This document shows, piece after piece, positions 26,509 through 36,767 of a stretch of DNA of 64,000 nt (position 1 is its first letter; each line of letters starts with the position of its first letter). Below the pieces are notes generated by a model. That model was given only the letters and a program-made list of their open reading frames with translations. It had not been told where the DNA came from and made no database searches. This stretch comes from Marmoricola sp. (GTDB taxonomy: Bacteria; Actinomycetota; Actinomycetes; Propionibacteriales; Nocardioidaceae). Position numbers and translations under genes: made by a program. Location: assembly GCA_045806825.1 (NCBI GenBank), contig JBJMIP010000314.1:8730-72729 (forward strand). The letters are read 5' to 3'.

Positions 26509-28175
26509 CGGGTTCCTTCCGTGACGCTGCTGACCAGGTCGACCAGCTTGAATTTCTGGACCTTGCCGGTCGCTGTGGTCGGGAGCTCCTCGGCATCGAG
26601 GAAGACCACTCGGCGGGGCACCTTGAAACGGGCGAGGCGGTCCTTGCAGAAGGCGATCACGTCGTCCTCGTCCAGCTGCGACCCGGGAGCGCGAACGATC
26701 ACAGCGCACCCGATCTCACCCCAGCGGTCGTCGACAAGACCGATCGCGAAGACCTGGCTGACGCCCGGGTGTCCCGCGAGGATCTCCTCGATCTCCTTGG
26801 GCATCACCAGCTCGCCGCCGCTCTTGTAGAGCTCCTTGCTGCGCCCGGTCAGCTCGAGGTAGCCATCCGGACGGACCCGACCGAGGTCTCCGGAGTACAG
26901 CCGGTTGCCGCGCAGTGCGAGTGCGGTCTCCTGGGGCTTGGCGTAGAAGCCGAGCATCGTGGTCGGACCGGTCGAGAAGAGCTCGCCGACCTGGCCATCC
27001 GGGAGCACCTCGCCGCTCTCCGGGTCGGCGGTGCCGTAGACCACCAGCGCATCGGTCCCGTCCACCCCTGCGGAACCCGCAAGCTTCGGTCGGCCGACCG
27101 TGGTCGAGGTGAGCACCAGTGGGTCCTCGGGCAGCGTGAGCGTCATCGCGCCGCCGCACTCGGTCATCCCGTAGCCAGTGACGATCTCGCTGACACCGAA
27201 ATCCTTCTCGACCTGCTCCCAGAGCCAGACGGGAGCTGGAGCGGAACCGCAGAGGATCGCGTCGAGCGAGGAGAGGTCGGTAGTCAGCCGGGCCGGGCTC
27301 TCGACCAGGGCGACTGCCATCGTCGGGACGCAGAGGATGTCGTGCGCGCGGTGGCGCTCGATGCCGGCGAGGTAGCCGGCTGCGGAGAACGTCGTCTGCG
27401 GAATCACCGCTCCCCCGACGTACATCACCGAGAGCAGACCTTCGACGTACCCGAACATGTGGTAGCAGGGCAGCGAGAAGAGCACCCGGCGGCCGTCGTC
27501 GTACGCCCGGGTGAGCGCGGAGGCGTAGGCGGTCCTCAGGACGGCGTCGTGCGTGACGAGCACACCTTTGGGGGAACCTGTGCTGCCTGAGGTGTAGAGC
27601 ATGTCGCCGACGTCGGTGGGCAGGTGGTCGGCACCGCTGCTCGCGCCGGGGTAGGCGTCGCCGAGGGCGGCGAGCCCCGCGACGTCGAGCGCTCCCTCTC
27701 GGACTGGGGCGTCGGTGGCCAGCTGGACCACGTGCTCCAGGCGCGTCGGCGCGACCTCGTCGAGCATCGCCAGGTAGTCGAGGTCCATGAACTTCGTCAT
27801 CGTGATCAGCACCGAGCAACCGGACTGCTCGAGCACGTAGCCGAGTTCCTCGGCACGGTAGAGGTAGTTGAACGGAATGGCGACGGCACCGGTCCGGGCG
27901 ATCGCGAACTTGAGCGGCACGAACTCGGGATAGTTGGCCATCAGCAGCCCGACCCGGCTCCCCGGCCCGACCCCGAGCGCGGCGAGACCGTCCGCCAGGC
28001 GCTGGGACTCGCGCGCGACGTCGGCATAGGAGCAGGTGGCGTCGTCGGTGATCACGAACGGTCGGTCGCCGTACGCCGTGGCGCAGACGTCGAGCCACGC
28101 GTCCAGTGTGCGCGGCTGCCAGGTGGCGAACCGCGACCGCAGATCACTCCGTCGGGCGTCGATCGTTCGAGGCAT
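26505..28175 (-). CDS. Acyl/aryl-CoA ligase
   Basis: YTSGSTGSPKG, GYGMTE, SGDLG, TATGKVQK; RBS AAAGGAG. Confidence 0.9.
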   Translation of the reverse strand: MPRTIDARRSDLRSRFATWQPRTLDAWLDVCATAYGDRPFVITDDATCSYADVARESQRLADGLAALGVGPGSRVGLLMANYPEFVPLKFAIARTGAVAIPFNYLYRAEELGYVLEQSGCSVLITMTKFMDLDYLAMLDEVAPTRLEHVVQLATDAPVREGALDVAGLAALGDAYPGASSGADHLPTDVGDMLYTSGSTGSPKGVLVTHDAVLRTAYASALTRAYDDGRRVLFSLPCYHMFGYVEGLLSVMYVGGAVIPQTTFSAAGYLAGIERHRAHDILCVPTMAVALVESPARLTTDLSSLDAILCGSAPAPVWLWEQVEKDFGVSEIVTGYGMTECGGAMTLTLPEDPLVLTSTTVGRPKLAGSAGVDGTDALVVYGTADPESGEVLPDGQVGELFSTGPTTMLGFYAKPQETALALRGNRLYSGDLGRVRPDGYLELTGRSKELYKSGGELVMPKEIEEILAGHPGVSQVFAIGLVDDRWGEIGCAVIVRAPGSQLDEDDVIAFCKDRLARFKVPRRVVFLDAEELPTTATGKVQKFKLVDLVSSVTEGTR

Positions 28176-28184
28176 CAAATCTCC

Positions 28185-28200
28185 TTTAATCAAGATTAGA
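28185..28200. promoter_or_regulatory. Putative operator, motif B (TTTAATCAAGATTAGA); second site TTGAATCTCAACTCAA at 28267-28282
   Basis: Palindromic 16-mer adjacent to the RBS of the first gene of the Rieske operon. Confidence 0.65.
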
Positions 28201-28279
28201 ATAAGACTCTACCCGACGACTGGCAAGCCCTGTTCGCGGGGTGAACAAGCACGTTTCGAAGAACCTTTGAATCTCAACT

Positions 28280-28314
28280 CAATAATTGACGCCCGTAAAT
28301 TATTGGGCTACCGT
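28280..28314 (+). promoter_or_regulatory. SigA-type promoter TTGACG-N17-TACCGT overlapped by a 12-bp inverted repeat
   Basis: -35 at 28286-28291, -10 at 28309-28314, ATG 6 nt later; IR CAATAATTGACG-CC-CGTAAATTATTG (1 mismatch). Confidence 0.75.
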
Positions 28315-28320
28315 CCTGCC

Positions 28321-29469
28321 ATGCTTCGCACACTCGACGCCACCAAGGACCTCCTCCTCGGCCTCTCCCCCTGGGTGCCGGGCCACGGCCACTACGGCCT
28401 GGACTCACTGACCACCGAAGAGCTCGAACGAGCCGTCCGCGGACCCGTCACCGGCGCCCGCCTGCACGGCCACCGCGTCGAGATCGACTCAAGAGGCACG
28501 ACCGACCGCGCGCGCCTGCACCTCGACTGGAACGACATAGGCCGCAGCGCCGGACTGCCGACGACGGCGTTTGCGAAGGGCACATCGTCGGGGCTGGCCC
28601 CGCGCGGGATCGTGTCCGGCTTCGGATGCCACACCTACGAGACGCGGTTCTTCCAGCAGATCCAGCCAGCAGTCGAGGACCTGACCATCACCCCGTACTT
28701 GAGCCGGGCCGGGATCGGCGGACGGTACGTGGTCGCGTTCGAGGACCTTGCGCTCCGCGGTGACGTGACGTTCTTCAACGCTGACGACGAGTGCACCAAG
28801 GCGCACGCGGAGGCGATGATGGACCTGCTCGCCAAGCTGCACGGTCGGTTCTGGCGCTCGCCCCGGTTCGACACCGACCTGGCCTGGTTGGAGACCTACT
28901 CCCGTCGTCCTGGCTACCCGTTCATGGCACAAGCGTTCAAGCTCAGCGAGCGTAGGTTCATGGGTCAGGACCGCGAGGTCCCGGACGCCGTCCGCCGCCT
29001 GACCAGGACCTACGTCCGCAACCAGTCGGCGCTGGTGAAGGTCTGGGAAGCGATGCCGCAGACCCTATGCCACGGCGACGACCACCTCGGCAACACCTTC
29101 GCCAACCCGGACGGCACTGCGGGCATCTACGACTGGCAGGTCTTCCACAAGATGAACGGGCTGCGCGACGTCGCCTACTTCCTGATGCACTCGATCCCCA
29201 CCGAGCTGCGCCGCGCCGAGGAGAAGAACCTGCTCGAGCGCTACCTGCACGGGCTCGCCGAGTACGGCGCCGGAGCCGAAGCACCGACCCTGGCCGAGGC
29301 CTACGACAGCTACCGGCTACTCACCATCGACGGCTGGATCATCATCGTCTTCACGCTGGCCGCCGGCGGGATGCAGCCCGACGACCGGATGGAAGTCACA
29401 GCCGTCCGCGCGATCAACACCCTGATGGACCTGGACGTCGAACAGGCGATCAACGCGGCTCTGACCTAG
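28321..29469 (+). CDS. APH/ecdysteroid-kinase-like phosphotransferase
   Basis: E.RFF, LAKLH..FW, TLCHGDDHLGN, YDWQ, DVAYFL. Confidence 0.82.
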   Translation: MLRTLDATKDLLLGLSPWVPGHGHYGLDSLTTEELERAVRGPVTGARLHGHRVEIDSRGTTDRARLHLDWNDIGRSAGLPTTAFAKGTSSGLAPRGIVSGFGCHTYETRFFQQIQPAVEDLTITPYLSRAGIGGRYVVAFEDLALRGDVTFFNADDECTKAHAEAMMDLLAKLHGRFWRSPRFDTDLAWLETYSRRPGYPFMAQAFKLSERRFMGQDREVPDAVRRLTRTYVRNQSALVKVWEAMPQTLCHGDDHLGNTFANPDGTAGIYDWQVFHKMNGLRDVAYFLMHSIPTELRRAEEKNLLERYLHGLAEYGAGAEAPTLAEAYDSYRLLTIDGWIIIVFTLAAGGMQPDDRMEVTAVRAINTLMDLDVEQAINAALT

Positions 29470-29478
29470 GTTCGTCCC

Positions 29479-30066
29479 ATGGTGACCAAGGGCGACCGCC
29501 GGCGGCAGCGGATCCTCGACGCCGTCGCCGAGCTGCTCGAGACCGAGACCTTCGAGGAGATCTCGATCGCGGAGATCACCCGTCGTGCCGACGTTACCCG
29601 TCCCGGCTTCTACTTCTACTTCCCGACCAAGGGCGCCGCCGTTGCGTCCTTGATGGAGGGCCTGTTCGGCGAGTTCATGGACGCCGCCGGGGTCTGGTAC
29701 GAGCATCGCGAGGCCGACCAGGAAACGGGGCTCCGAGCCGGGATGGAGGCGACCGTCGACCTCTGGCGCAAGCACGCGGTCGTCATGCACGGGATGGTTC
29801 AAGCCGCCGCAGCAGAGAAGGAGGCGCGCGAGATCTGGCAGCGCTGGATTGCCGCCTTCACCGCGCGAGCAGTGCCGACCATCGCCGCCGACCTCGGAAG
29901 CACCCGTACGTCGCCTCGCGCCGAGGAGATCGCCACGTTCCTGGTCGATGCGACCTTCGCGGCAATGCAGCGGGATGTTCGCGCATTGGTCGAGGAGGGC
30001 ACCGGTATGCCGAGGCTGGTGGACTCCATCGTTCATGTGTGGGTCCGGACCCTCTACTCGCGCTGA
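29479..30066 (+). CDS. TetR-family regulator (EthR-like)
   Basis: GDRRRQRIL, ISIAEITRRADVTRPGFYFYFPTK; TAGGTT-N6-ATG. Confidence 0.9.
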   Translation: MVTKGDRRRQRILDAVAELLETETFEEISIAEITRRADVTRPGFYFYFPTKGAAVASLMEGLFGEFMDAAGVWYEHREADQETGLRAGMEATVDLWRKHAVVMHGMVQAAAAEKEAREIWQRWIAAFTARAVPTIAADLGSTRTSPRAEEIATFLVDATFAAMQRDVRALVEEGTGMPRLVDSIVHVWVRTLYSR

Positions 30067-30067
30067 G

Positions 30068-31675
30068 TCAGGTCAGCTCGCGCAGGCCGGCTCGTGCGAT
30101 CTTGTCGACCACAGCGAACTTCCGCACCTTCCCCGTCGGCGTGACCGGGAGCTCCTCGGCCACAAACCACCGGGAGGGCACCTTGTAGGGCGAGAGCTTC
30201 TCCTTTGCGTGCGCACGAAGCTGCTCACCGAGGTTGGCAGGCTCCTCGCCGCGGACCCGAACTACGGCCGCCACGATCTCGCCGAGTGCGTCGTCCGGGA
30301 GACCGACAACGGTCGCTTCCAACACTGCTGGGTGCCCGACTAGGCAAGACTCGATCTGGGCCGGCGCGATGTTCTCGCCGCCGCGGATGATCAGATCCTT
30401 GAGTCGTCCGGTCAGCGTCAGGTATCCGCGTTCGTCCATCGAGCCCTGGTCCCCGGTGTGCACGAAGCCGTCGGCGTCAACGCACGCCGCGGTCGCCTCC
30501 GGGTCACCGAGGTACTCGATCAGCTGCTGGTAGCCGCGGGCGCAGATCTCACCCGGTACTCCGAGCGGGACCACCGCGCCGGAGGCGTCCACGATCTTCA
30601 CGTCGACTTGGGGCAGCGGGTGACCAACGGTGCCGAGCTGGTCCTCGCGGCTGTCGCTGCCGCGGGTCGCGGTGAGCACCGGAGAGAGCTCGGTCTGACC
30701 GAACAGGTTGGTGACCTGTGTGCCGAAGACCTTCTCGACCTCCTCGATCATCGAAACCGGCAGCGTCGCCGCTCCACCGATCACGCGTTCGATGTGCGGG
30801 GCCGGTTGGTCGCCCGAGCGTTGCGCTTCCAGCAGCGCCCCGAGCACCGCAGGTACGTTGAAGAGCACGTCGGGCTGCTCACGACGCAGCACCTCGAGCA
30901 CCGGACCGGGCGCGAACTGCTCGATCAGGATCTCGGTGCCACCGAGCCACAGGGGGCCGAGGGTGCCGATCACGCAGGCCGCAGTGTGGAACATCGGCAA
31001 CGGGTTCACCGTGACGGCACCCGGCTCGACGCCGACGAACTCCATCGTCAGCTTCGCGACGTTCACCAGCGACCGGTGCCGCAGCAGTACGCCCTTCGGG
31101 TTGCCCGTGGTCCCCGAGGTGTACTGCAGCATCACCGGCAAGGACGGGTCGGTCGGCGCTGCGGCGACGACGGTCTCGTCGATCTCCGCGGCCCGCCAAC
31201 CGCTGTCGCTCAGGCTGATCGTGCGCAGCTCCGGGAAGCCCGGCGCAACCGAAGCGACCACAGCGGCAAGGTCGTAGTCCCGGCTGCGATCGGCGTGGAT
31301 CAGCACCTTCGCGCCGGAGTGCGTGAGCGCGTACTGGAGCTCGCTCGCGCGGAGCACCGGGTTCAGCGCTACCAGGACCACCCCGGCCATCGCGGCACCG
31401 TGCTGGATCACCGGCCACTCGACGACGTTCGGTGCCCAGAGTGCGACGAAGTCACCGGGCCTCGCGACGGCGTCGATGGCGGTGGCGACGTGCTGCGCCT
31501 CGGCGTACAGCTCAGCCCAGGTCAGTCGGACCTCTCGACCGTCGTCGTGCCGCGTACCGACCAGAGCCGTCGTCTCCGCGCAGCTCGCAGCACGCTCGGC
31601 GAGCAGTGCCGGGATGGTCAGCTCGACCAGCGGGAGGGTGTCGTCAGCCAGCCGGTACGAGGTGCTGAGAGTCAT
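30068..31675 (-). CDS. Acyl-CoA synthetase
   Basis: YTSGTTGNPKG, FGQTE, TGD, IRGGENI, TPTGKVRK. Confidence 0.9.
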   Translation of the reverse strand: MTLSTSYRLADDTLPLVELTIPALLAERAASCAETTALVGTRHDDGREVRLTWAELYAEAQHVATAIDAVARPGDFVALWAPNVVEWPVIQHGAAMAGVVLVALNPVLRASELQYALTHSGAKVLIHADRSRDYDLAAVVASVAPGFPELRTISLSDSGWRAAEIDETVVAAAPTDPSLPVMLQYTSGTTGNPKGVLLRHRSLVNVAKLTMEFVGVEPGAVTVNPLPMFHTAACVIGTLGPLWLGGTEILIEQFAPGPVLEVLRREQPDVLFNVPAVLGALLEAQRSGDQPAPHIERVIGGAATLPVSMIEEVEKVFGTQVTNLFGQTELSPVLTATRGSDSREDQLGTVGHPLPQVDVKIVDASGAVVPLGVPGEICARGYQQLIEYLGDPEATAACVDADGFVHTGDQGSMDERGYLTLTGRLKDLIIRGGENIAPAQIESCLVGHPAVLEATVVGLPDDALGEIVAAVVRVRGEEPANLGEQLRAHAKEKLSPYKVPSRWFVAEELPVTPTGKVRKFAVVDKIARAGLRELT

Positions 31676-32445
31676 CCCCTGAACACCGGCTGTCGCTTCT
31701 CGTTGAAGGCCGCCACACCTTCGGCGAAATCGTTGGTGTCGAACAGGTCTGCCTGGAGGTCGACCTCCCGATCTAGCACCTCGTACGGCGAGCGTGGCTG
31801 ACCGGAGAGCAACTCCTTGATCCCGCCCAGCGCCAGCGGTGGACCGGCGGCGAGCCGTTCGGCGTCGGCGAGCGCACGCTCCAACGCCGTCCCTGGCTCG
31901 ACGACCTCGTCGACGAGTCCGAGCTCGCCCGCCTCGACGCCGGAAAGCCGTCGCGGGAGCATCATGAGCTGCTTGGCCTTCGGCGCACCGACCCTGGCTG
32001 GTAACGAGGCGAAGATGCCCATGTCCCCAGCGAGACCGACGGCGGAGAAACTGGTCGAGAAGACCGAGTCCGAGGCCGCGACTACCCGGTCGCAGGCCAG
32101 CGCGAGCGCCGTGCCAGCCCCGAAGGCAGAGCCCTCCACGGCAGCGACGACCGGTTTCGGCGTACCCCAGATCGCGCGCACCACCCTGGCGGCGGCCTCG
32201 GCACGCGGCAGCGTCTCGGCACGTGGCTGCCTGGTCATCGACGAGATGTCACCACCGGAGCAGAACGAGGTACCGGCACCGGTGAGCACGATGCAGCGCA
32301 CGTCGGGATCGGCGGCGGCCTGTTCAAGCACCTCGGCGAGAGCGACCCGCAGCGGGACGTCGATCGCGTTCCGGACGGCCGGACGGTTCAGCGTCAGGAC
32401 CCTCACCGACCCGCGGTCCTCGGTCAGCACCAGCGGGGTGATCAT
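31672..32445 (-). CDS. Enoyl-CoA hydratase/isomerase
   Basis: LNRP..RNA, FCSGGDI, AFGAG; ATGA overlap. Confidence 0.88.
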   Translation of the reverse strand: MITPLVLTEDRGSVRVLTLNRPAVRNAIDVPLRVALAEVLEQAAADPDVRCIVLTGAGTSFCSGGDISSMTRQPRAETLPRAEAAARVVRAIWGTPKPVVAAVEGSAFGAGTALALACDRVVAASDSVFSTSFSAVGLAGDMGIFASLPARVGAPKAKQLMMLPRRLSGVEAGELGLVDEVVEPGTALERALADAERLAAGPPLALGGIKELLSGQPRSPYEVLDREVDLQADLFDTNDFAEGVAAFNEKRQPVFRG

Positions 32446-33245
32446 GACCCGGTGAACCTCGGCGTACGACGCTCGATCACGGCTGCCAGTCCCTCCCGCG
32501 AGTCCGCGGTGCCCGAGAGCTCGGAGACCACCCGAGCCTCCTCGGCGAGCCGTCCCTCGACGCTGGAGCCGAGCCCGCCCCACACCAGGCGTTTGGTGGC
32601 GGCCAGTGCCAGCGGCGGCTGCTCGGCGAGGTGGACAGCCAGCTCGGTGACGACCTTGCCCAGGTCCTCGTCGGGAACCACCCGGCTGACGATGCCGAGG
32701 TCGCGCGCTTCCGTCGCGGTCAGGGTGGGGTTGGTCAGCAGCAGGTCCATCGCCTTGCGCAGACCGACCAACTGGGTCAGCGTCACGGTGGTACCCGCGT
32801 CCGGCGCCATCCCCACGCGGACCGCACCTGAGAACAGCTTGGCCGACTCCGCGGCGACGACCAGATCGGAGGCACAGACCAGACCGAAGCCGGCGCCGCC
32901 GGCCGCGAACCCGTGCACGGACGTGATGACCGGCGCCTTGAGCTGGATCAGAGCAGAGGTCGCGATCTGCAGCCAGGCGGTGGCCTCGCGCAGGTACTCG
33001 GGCAGGTCCTCGCCCTTGGCGGCGAAGGTCTTCACGTCCCCGCCGGCGCAGAAGTTGCGACCCTCACCGGAGAGGACGACAACACGTACCGACGGCTCAG
33101 CGTGGCAGGTCAGGATCGCCTCATGCAGCGCCTTGAGCAGCGGTACGTCGACGCTGTTGGACGCGTCCGGGCGGTTCAGCCGCAGTCGTGCGATGCCGTC
33201 CTCGACGTCGAGGAGGACGGGGCCTTCAGAGATCAGGCTGGTCAT
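32442..33245 (-). CDS. Enoyl-CoA hydratase/isomerase
   Basis: FCAGGDV, AAGGAG, PDAG. Confidence 0.88.
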   Translation of the reverse strand: MTSLISEGPVLLDVEDGIARLRLNRPDASNSVDVPLLKALHEAILTCHAEPSVRVVVLSGEGRNFCAGGDVKTFAAKGEDLPEYLREATAWLQIATSALIQLKAPVITSVHGFAAGGAGFGLVCASDLVVAAESAKLFSGAVRVGMAPDAGTTVTLTQLVGLRKAMDLLLTNPTLTATEARDLGIVSRVVPDEDLGKVVTELAVHLAEQPPLALAATKRLVWGGLGSSVEGRLAEEARVVSELSGTADSREGLAAVIERRTPRFTGS

Positions 33246-33247
33246 GG

Positions 33248-34024
33248 TCAGGCTCCCTTGCGTCGGAACGAGGTGACCCCGTCCGCACCAGCTTCTCCGG
33301 CGATGTGGTCGATGACGGCCTCGAGCTCGGCGGCCAGGCCGACCTCGACGCCGCGGGTTTCGCCGAACCGGACCAGCTGCTTGATCGTGGCCAGCGCCTC
33401 GGGTCGACGGGCAGCCAGGGTCGCGACGAAAGCCTCGACCTCGGCGTCGAACTGCTCGGGGTCGATTGACCGGTACGCCAGTCCCCAGTCAGCTGCCTGC
33501 TGGCCACTGATCCGGTCCCCGCTGAGCAGGTGCCCGAGGGCGCGCTGCCGGCCGACCAGCGGCAGCAACCGCTGCGAGCCACCGCCGCCGGGCACCTGTC
33601 CGAAGTTGATGTGGTTGTCGCATAGCCGGGCGTCCGAGCTGACCAGCGCGACATCGGCCGCCTGCATGAACTCAAACCCGCCGGCCATCGCGAACCCCTC
33701 CACCGCGGCCACCACCGGTGGCGCGATCTCCGCGACGGCCCGGCAGGCTGCGCCGAAGTTGGCGAACAGCGGGCGGAGGGCGTCGGCGCCACCGGCCCGC
33801 AGACGCTGGACCTCCTCGAAGTCTCCGCCGGCGGAGAAGTTCCCGCGAGCACCACGGACCAGGATGACGTGCACGTCGGCGCGGCTGCCGAGGTCGCGCA
33901 AGGCTTCCTCGAGGGCGGCCCCCAGCTCGACGGTGATCGCGTTGAGGGCCTCGGGGCGGTTCAGGGTGATCCGGCCGACGCCTTCGTCGACGGAGGTGAG
34001 CACCGTGCCGACTGCCGGGCTCAC
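33248..34024 (-). CDS. Enoyl-CoA hydratase/isomerase
   Basis: [22 protein letters not shown]. Confidence 0.88.
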   Translation of the reverse strand: MSPAVGTVLTSVDEGVGRITLNRPEALNAITVELGAALEEALRDLGSRADVHVILVRGARGNFSAGGDFEEVQRLRAGGADALRPLFANFGAACRAVAEIAPPVVAAVEGFAMAGGFEFMQAADVALVSSDARLCDNHINFGQVPGGGGSQRLLPLVGRQRALGHLLSGDRISGQQAADWGLAYRSIDPEQFDAEVEAFVATLAARRPEALATIKQLVRFGETRGVEVGLAAELEAVIDHIAGEAGADGVTSFRRKGA

Positions 34025-34758
34025 ATCCCTCGCCCCCCGGCCACTTCGAGGACGGTCCCGGTCATGTAGCTGGACAGGTCGGAGGCCAGGAAGACCACCG
34101 CACCGGCGACCTCGGCCGGGTCACCGGCACGACGCATCGGGATGGTCGCCTCGGTGGCCGCGAAGGCCTCCGGCTTCATCGCCGCGGTCATCGGCGTCCT
34201 GATCAGGCCGGGCTGGATCGCGTTGACCCTGACGCCCTTGTGCGCGAGCTCCTTGGCGGCCGCCTTGGTGAGCCCGACGATGCCGGCCTTCGCCGCGCTG
34301 TAGTTGGTCTGCCCGGGGTTGCCGGTCTTGCCGGACATCGAGGAGATGTTGATGATGCTGCCGGATCCCTGCTCGCGCATCACCTCGGCCGCGGCGCGAA
34401 CGCCGAGCCAAGTGCCCCGCAGGTGCACCCCGATCACGGTGTCGAAATCTTCGACGGTCATGTTGCGCAAGGACGCGTCCCGGGTGATGCCGGCATTGTT
34501 GACCAGGATGTCGAGCCCGTCGTGCGCGAGCACGGTCGACTCGACCAGGGACGCCATGTCGGTCTCGGTGGTGACGTCGCACCCGACGCCGAGCGCACCG
34601 TCCCCGAGCTCCGCCGCAGCGGCCTCGGCGCGGTCCTTGTCCAGGTCGGCCAGGACGACCCGGGCTCCGTGCTGGTGAAGCAGCCGCGCGATCTCCAGTC
34701 CGATGCCTTGGCCGGCTCCGGTGATGACGGCCGAACGACCTTCAAGCAAGCCGGTCAT
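34021..34758 (-). CDS. FabG-like 3-oxoacyl reductase (SDR)
   Basis: [23 protein letters not shown]. Confidence 0.9.
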   Translation of the reverse strand: MTGLLEGRSAVITGAGQGIGLEIARLLHQHGARVVLADLDKDRAEAAAAELGDGALGVGCDVTTETDMASLVESTVLAHDGLDILVNNAGITRDASLRNMTVEDFDTVIGVHLRGTWLGVRAAAEVMREQGSGSIINISSMSGKTGNPGQTNYSAAKAGIVGLTKAAAKELAHKGVRVNAIQPGLIRTPMTAAMKPEAFAATEATIPMRRAGDPAEVAGAVVFLASDLSSYMTGTVLEVAGGRGM

Positions 34759-35207
34759 CGGAAGAACCGCGCGATCGACTCGACGACGGCGGCCGGCTTC
34801 TCGACGCCGTCGATCTCGAACGTCGTGGAGAACGTCACCTGCACGGCACCGTCGAACTCGACCACCTCGGTGATCGTCGCGGAGGCTCGGACCTTCGAGT
34901 CAACCGGGACCGGAGCCAGGAACCGGACCTTGTTCAGGCCGACGTTGACCGCCATCCGCACGCCTTCGACGGTGTATAGCTGATGCTGCAGCACGGGGAG
35001 CAGCGACAGCGTCAGGAAACCGTGCGCGATGGTCCGGCCGAAGGGACCCTCAGCCGCGCGCTCCGGATCGACGTGGATCCACTGGTGGTCACCGGTCGCG
35101 GCTGCGAAGCCGTCGATCCGGGCCTGGTCGACCACGATCCAGTCGGAGACACCGAGCTCCGTCCCGGCCGCTCCGGCAAGGTCGGCAATTCCGTTGAAGG
35201 TCTTCAC
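34755..35207 (-). CDS. MaoC-family (R)-specific enoyl-CoA hydratase
   Basis: [31 protein letters not shown]. Confidence 0.9.
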   Translation of the reverse strand: MKTFNGIADLAGAAGTELGVSDWIVVDQARIDGFAAATGDHQWIHVDPERAAEGPFGRTIAHGFLTLSLLPVLQHQLYTVEGVRMAVNVGLNKVRFLAPVPVDSKVRASATITEVVEFDGAVQVTFSTTFEIDGVEKPAAVVESIARFFR

Positions 35208-35241
35208 TGTTCGTTCTCCGCTCCGGGCTGTATCGTCTTAT

Positions 35242-35257
35242 TCGAATCTAAATTAGA
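35242..35257. promoter_or_regulatory. Putative operator, motif B (TCGAATCTAAATTAGA)
   Basis: Between the divergent MaoC operon and the SDR-TetR operon. Confidence 0.7.
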
Positions 35258-35293
35258 CTAACAAGTACGTCAATGCAGGAGGGTGTGATCTTC

Positions 35294-36091
35294 GTGGAGC
35301 TGGGACTTCGGAACGCACGGGTCGTAGTGACCGGTGGCGCCTCGAACATCGGGCGCGGGATCGTGCACGGCTTCGCCGCTGAGGGCAGCCGCATCGTGAT
35401 CTGCGACATCGATGAGGTCCAGGCGGCCAAGGTCCGTGGCGAGGCGCTGGAGCGCGGCGCCGCAGAGGTGGAACTCGCGATCGTCGACCTCACCGATCCC
35501 GACGGCGCAGCTCGAGCAGTCGGCGTCGCCACGGACGCCTGGGGCGGGCTCGACGTGCTGGTCAACAACGCTGGCTGGAGCGTTCCGGGCTTCGTCACCG
35601 AGGACACCGATCGCGCCCGTTGGCAACGGCTGGTCGAGGTGAACTTCTTCGGGGCAGTGGCAGCGACCCAAGCCGCCCTCGGTCCGATGGTCGAGCAACG
35701 CTCCGGGGCGATCGTCTACGTCGCCAGCGAGGCCGCGTTCGGGCAGATCCGCCAGGCCGTCTATGGCGCCACCAAAGCCGCCGTCGTCGCGCTCGCGCGC
35801 ACGACAGCGCGGGAGCACGGCCGGCACGGCATCCGGGCGAACATCGTCTGTCCCGGCCTGGTGATGCCGGAGAGCCCCGACGCGGTCGGGGCCGACAGCC
35901 TCTGGGCAGTCGGCGAGGACAACGTCTTCAACGACAAGCAGAAGGAGTTCCTGCTCAAGGACACCCCGCTGCGGCGCCTCACCACGGCTGAGGACATCGC
36001 GAACTCCGTACTCTGGCTGGCTTCCGACTCGGCCGCCCGCCAGGTCACCGGCCAGCTGTTCGCGGTCAGCGGCGGCTACACGATGCCATGA
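35294..36091 (+). CDS. Short-chain dehydrogenase/reductase
   Basis: TGGASNIG, NNAG, YGATK; GTG after AGGAGG (alternative ATG 35273). Confidence 0.88.
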   Translation: MELGLRNARVVVTGGASNIGRGIVHGFAAEGSRIVICDIDEVQAAKVRGEALERGAAEVELAIVDLTDPDGAARAVGVATDAWGGLDVLVNNAGWSVPGFVTEDTDRARWQRLVEVNFFGAVAATQAALGPMVEQRSGAIVYVASEAAFGQIRQAVYGATKAAVVALARTTAREHGRHGIRANIVCPGLVMPESPDAVGADSLWAVGEDNVFNDKQKEFLLKDTPLRRLTTAEDIANSVLWLASDSAARQVTGQLFAVSGGYTMP

Positions 36092-36687
36092 GCCAGGCAG
36101 GGGTCGAGGTCGTCGAGGGCACCCGGGACCGGCTGCTGCACGCCGCCGCGGTGGTCCTCAGCCGGCGCGGGTACACCGAGGCCAGGCTCGGCGAGATCGC
36201 CGCTGTCGCAGACCTGAAGGCCCCGGCGATCTACTACCACTTCACCGGACGTGACGACCTAATCACAGCAGCTCTCCGCGAGGGCCAGATCCTGGTGCGC
36301 CAGCACGTCCTGGCAGCCCTTGGCGTACTGCCCGAGAGCGCGTCGTCCGAGGAGAGGATCCTCGCAGCGGTGGACGCGCACCTACGCGTCGAGCTGGAGC
36401 TCTCCGACTTCGCCAGCGCTGTCGTGCGTACGGCAGGACACGTACCCCCTCCGATCCGCGCAGACATCGAGGGCGAGATCACCGCGTACCACGACGTGTG
36501 GCGCGAGTTGCTCGCCAATGCCGAAGAGGAAGGTCGACTGCGTTCCGGCCTCGACCACTCGGTGGCGCGGATGCTGGTGATCGGGTCGCTCAACTGGGCG
36601 GTTGAGTGGCGGACCGAGGCGACGTCGGTGGACGACGTCGTCGGCACCGCCGCCACCCTGGTCCGAGGAGCCCTCTTCTCCAACTGA
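36088..36687 (+). CDS. TetR-family regulator, paralog of 13571..14215
   Basis: Shared APAIYY, AHLR.EL..SD and G.LNW..EW motifs. Confidence 0.9.
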   Translation: MSQAGVEVVEGTRDRLLHAAAVVLSRRGYTEARLGEIAAVADLKAPAIYYHFTGRDDLITAALREGQILVRQHVLAALGVLPESASSEERILAAVDAHLRVELELSDFASAVVRTAGHVPPPIRADIEGEITAYHDVWRELLANAEEEGRLRSGLDHSVARMLVIGSLNWAVEWRTEATSVDDVVGTAATLVRGALFSN

Positions 36688-36705
36688 ATACCTGTTGGTT
36701 CTGTT

Positions 36706-36721
36706 TCGAATCTATGTTAGA
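36706..36721. promoter_or_regulatory. Putative operator, motif B (TCGAATCTATGTTAGA)
   Basis: First 9 nt identical to the site at 35242; upstream of the thiolase. Confidence 0.65.
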
Positions 36722-36767
36722 TTTTAGAGACAAGTTTGAGCAGGTACAGCCCAGAGAGGAACCACCC

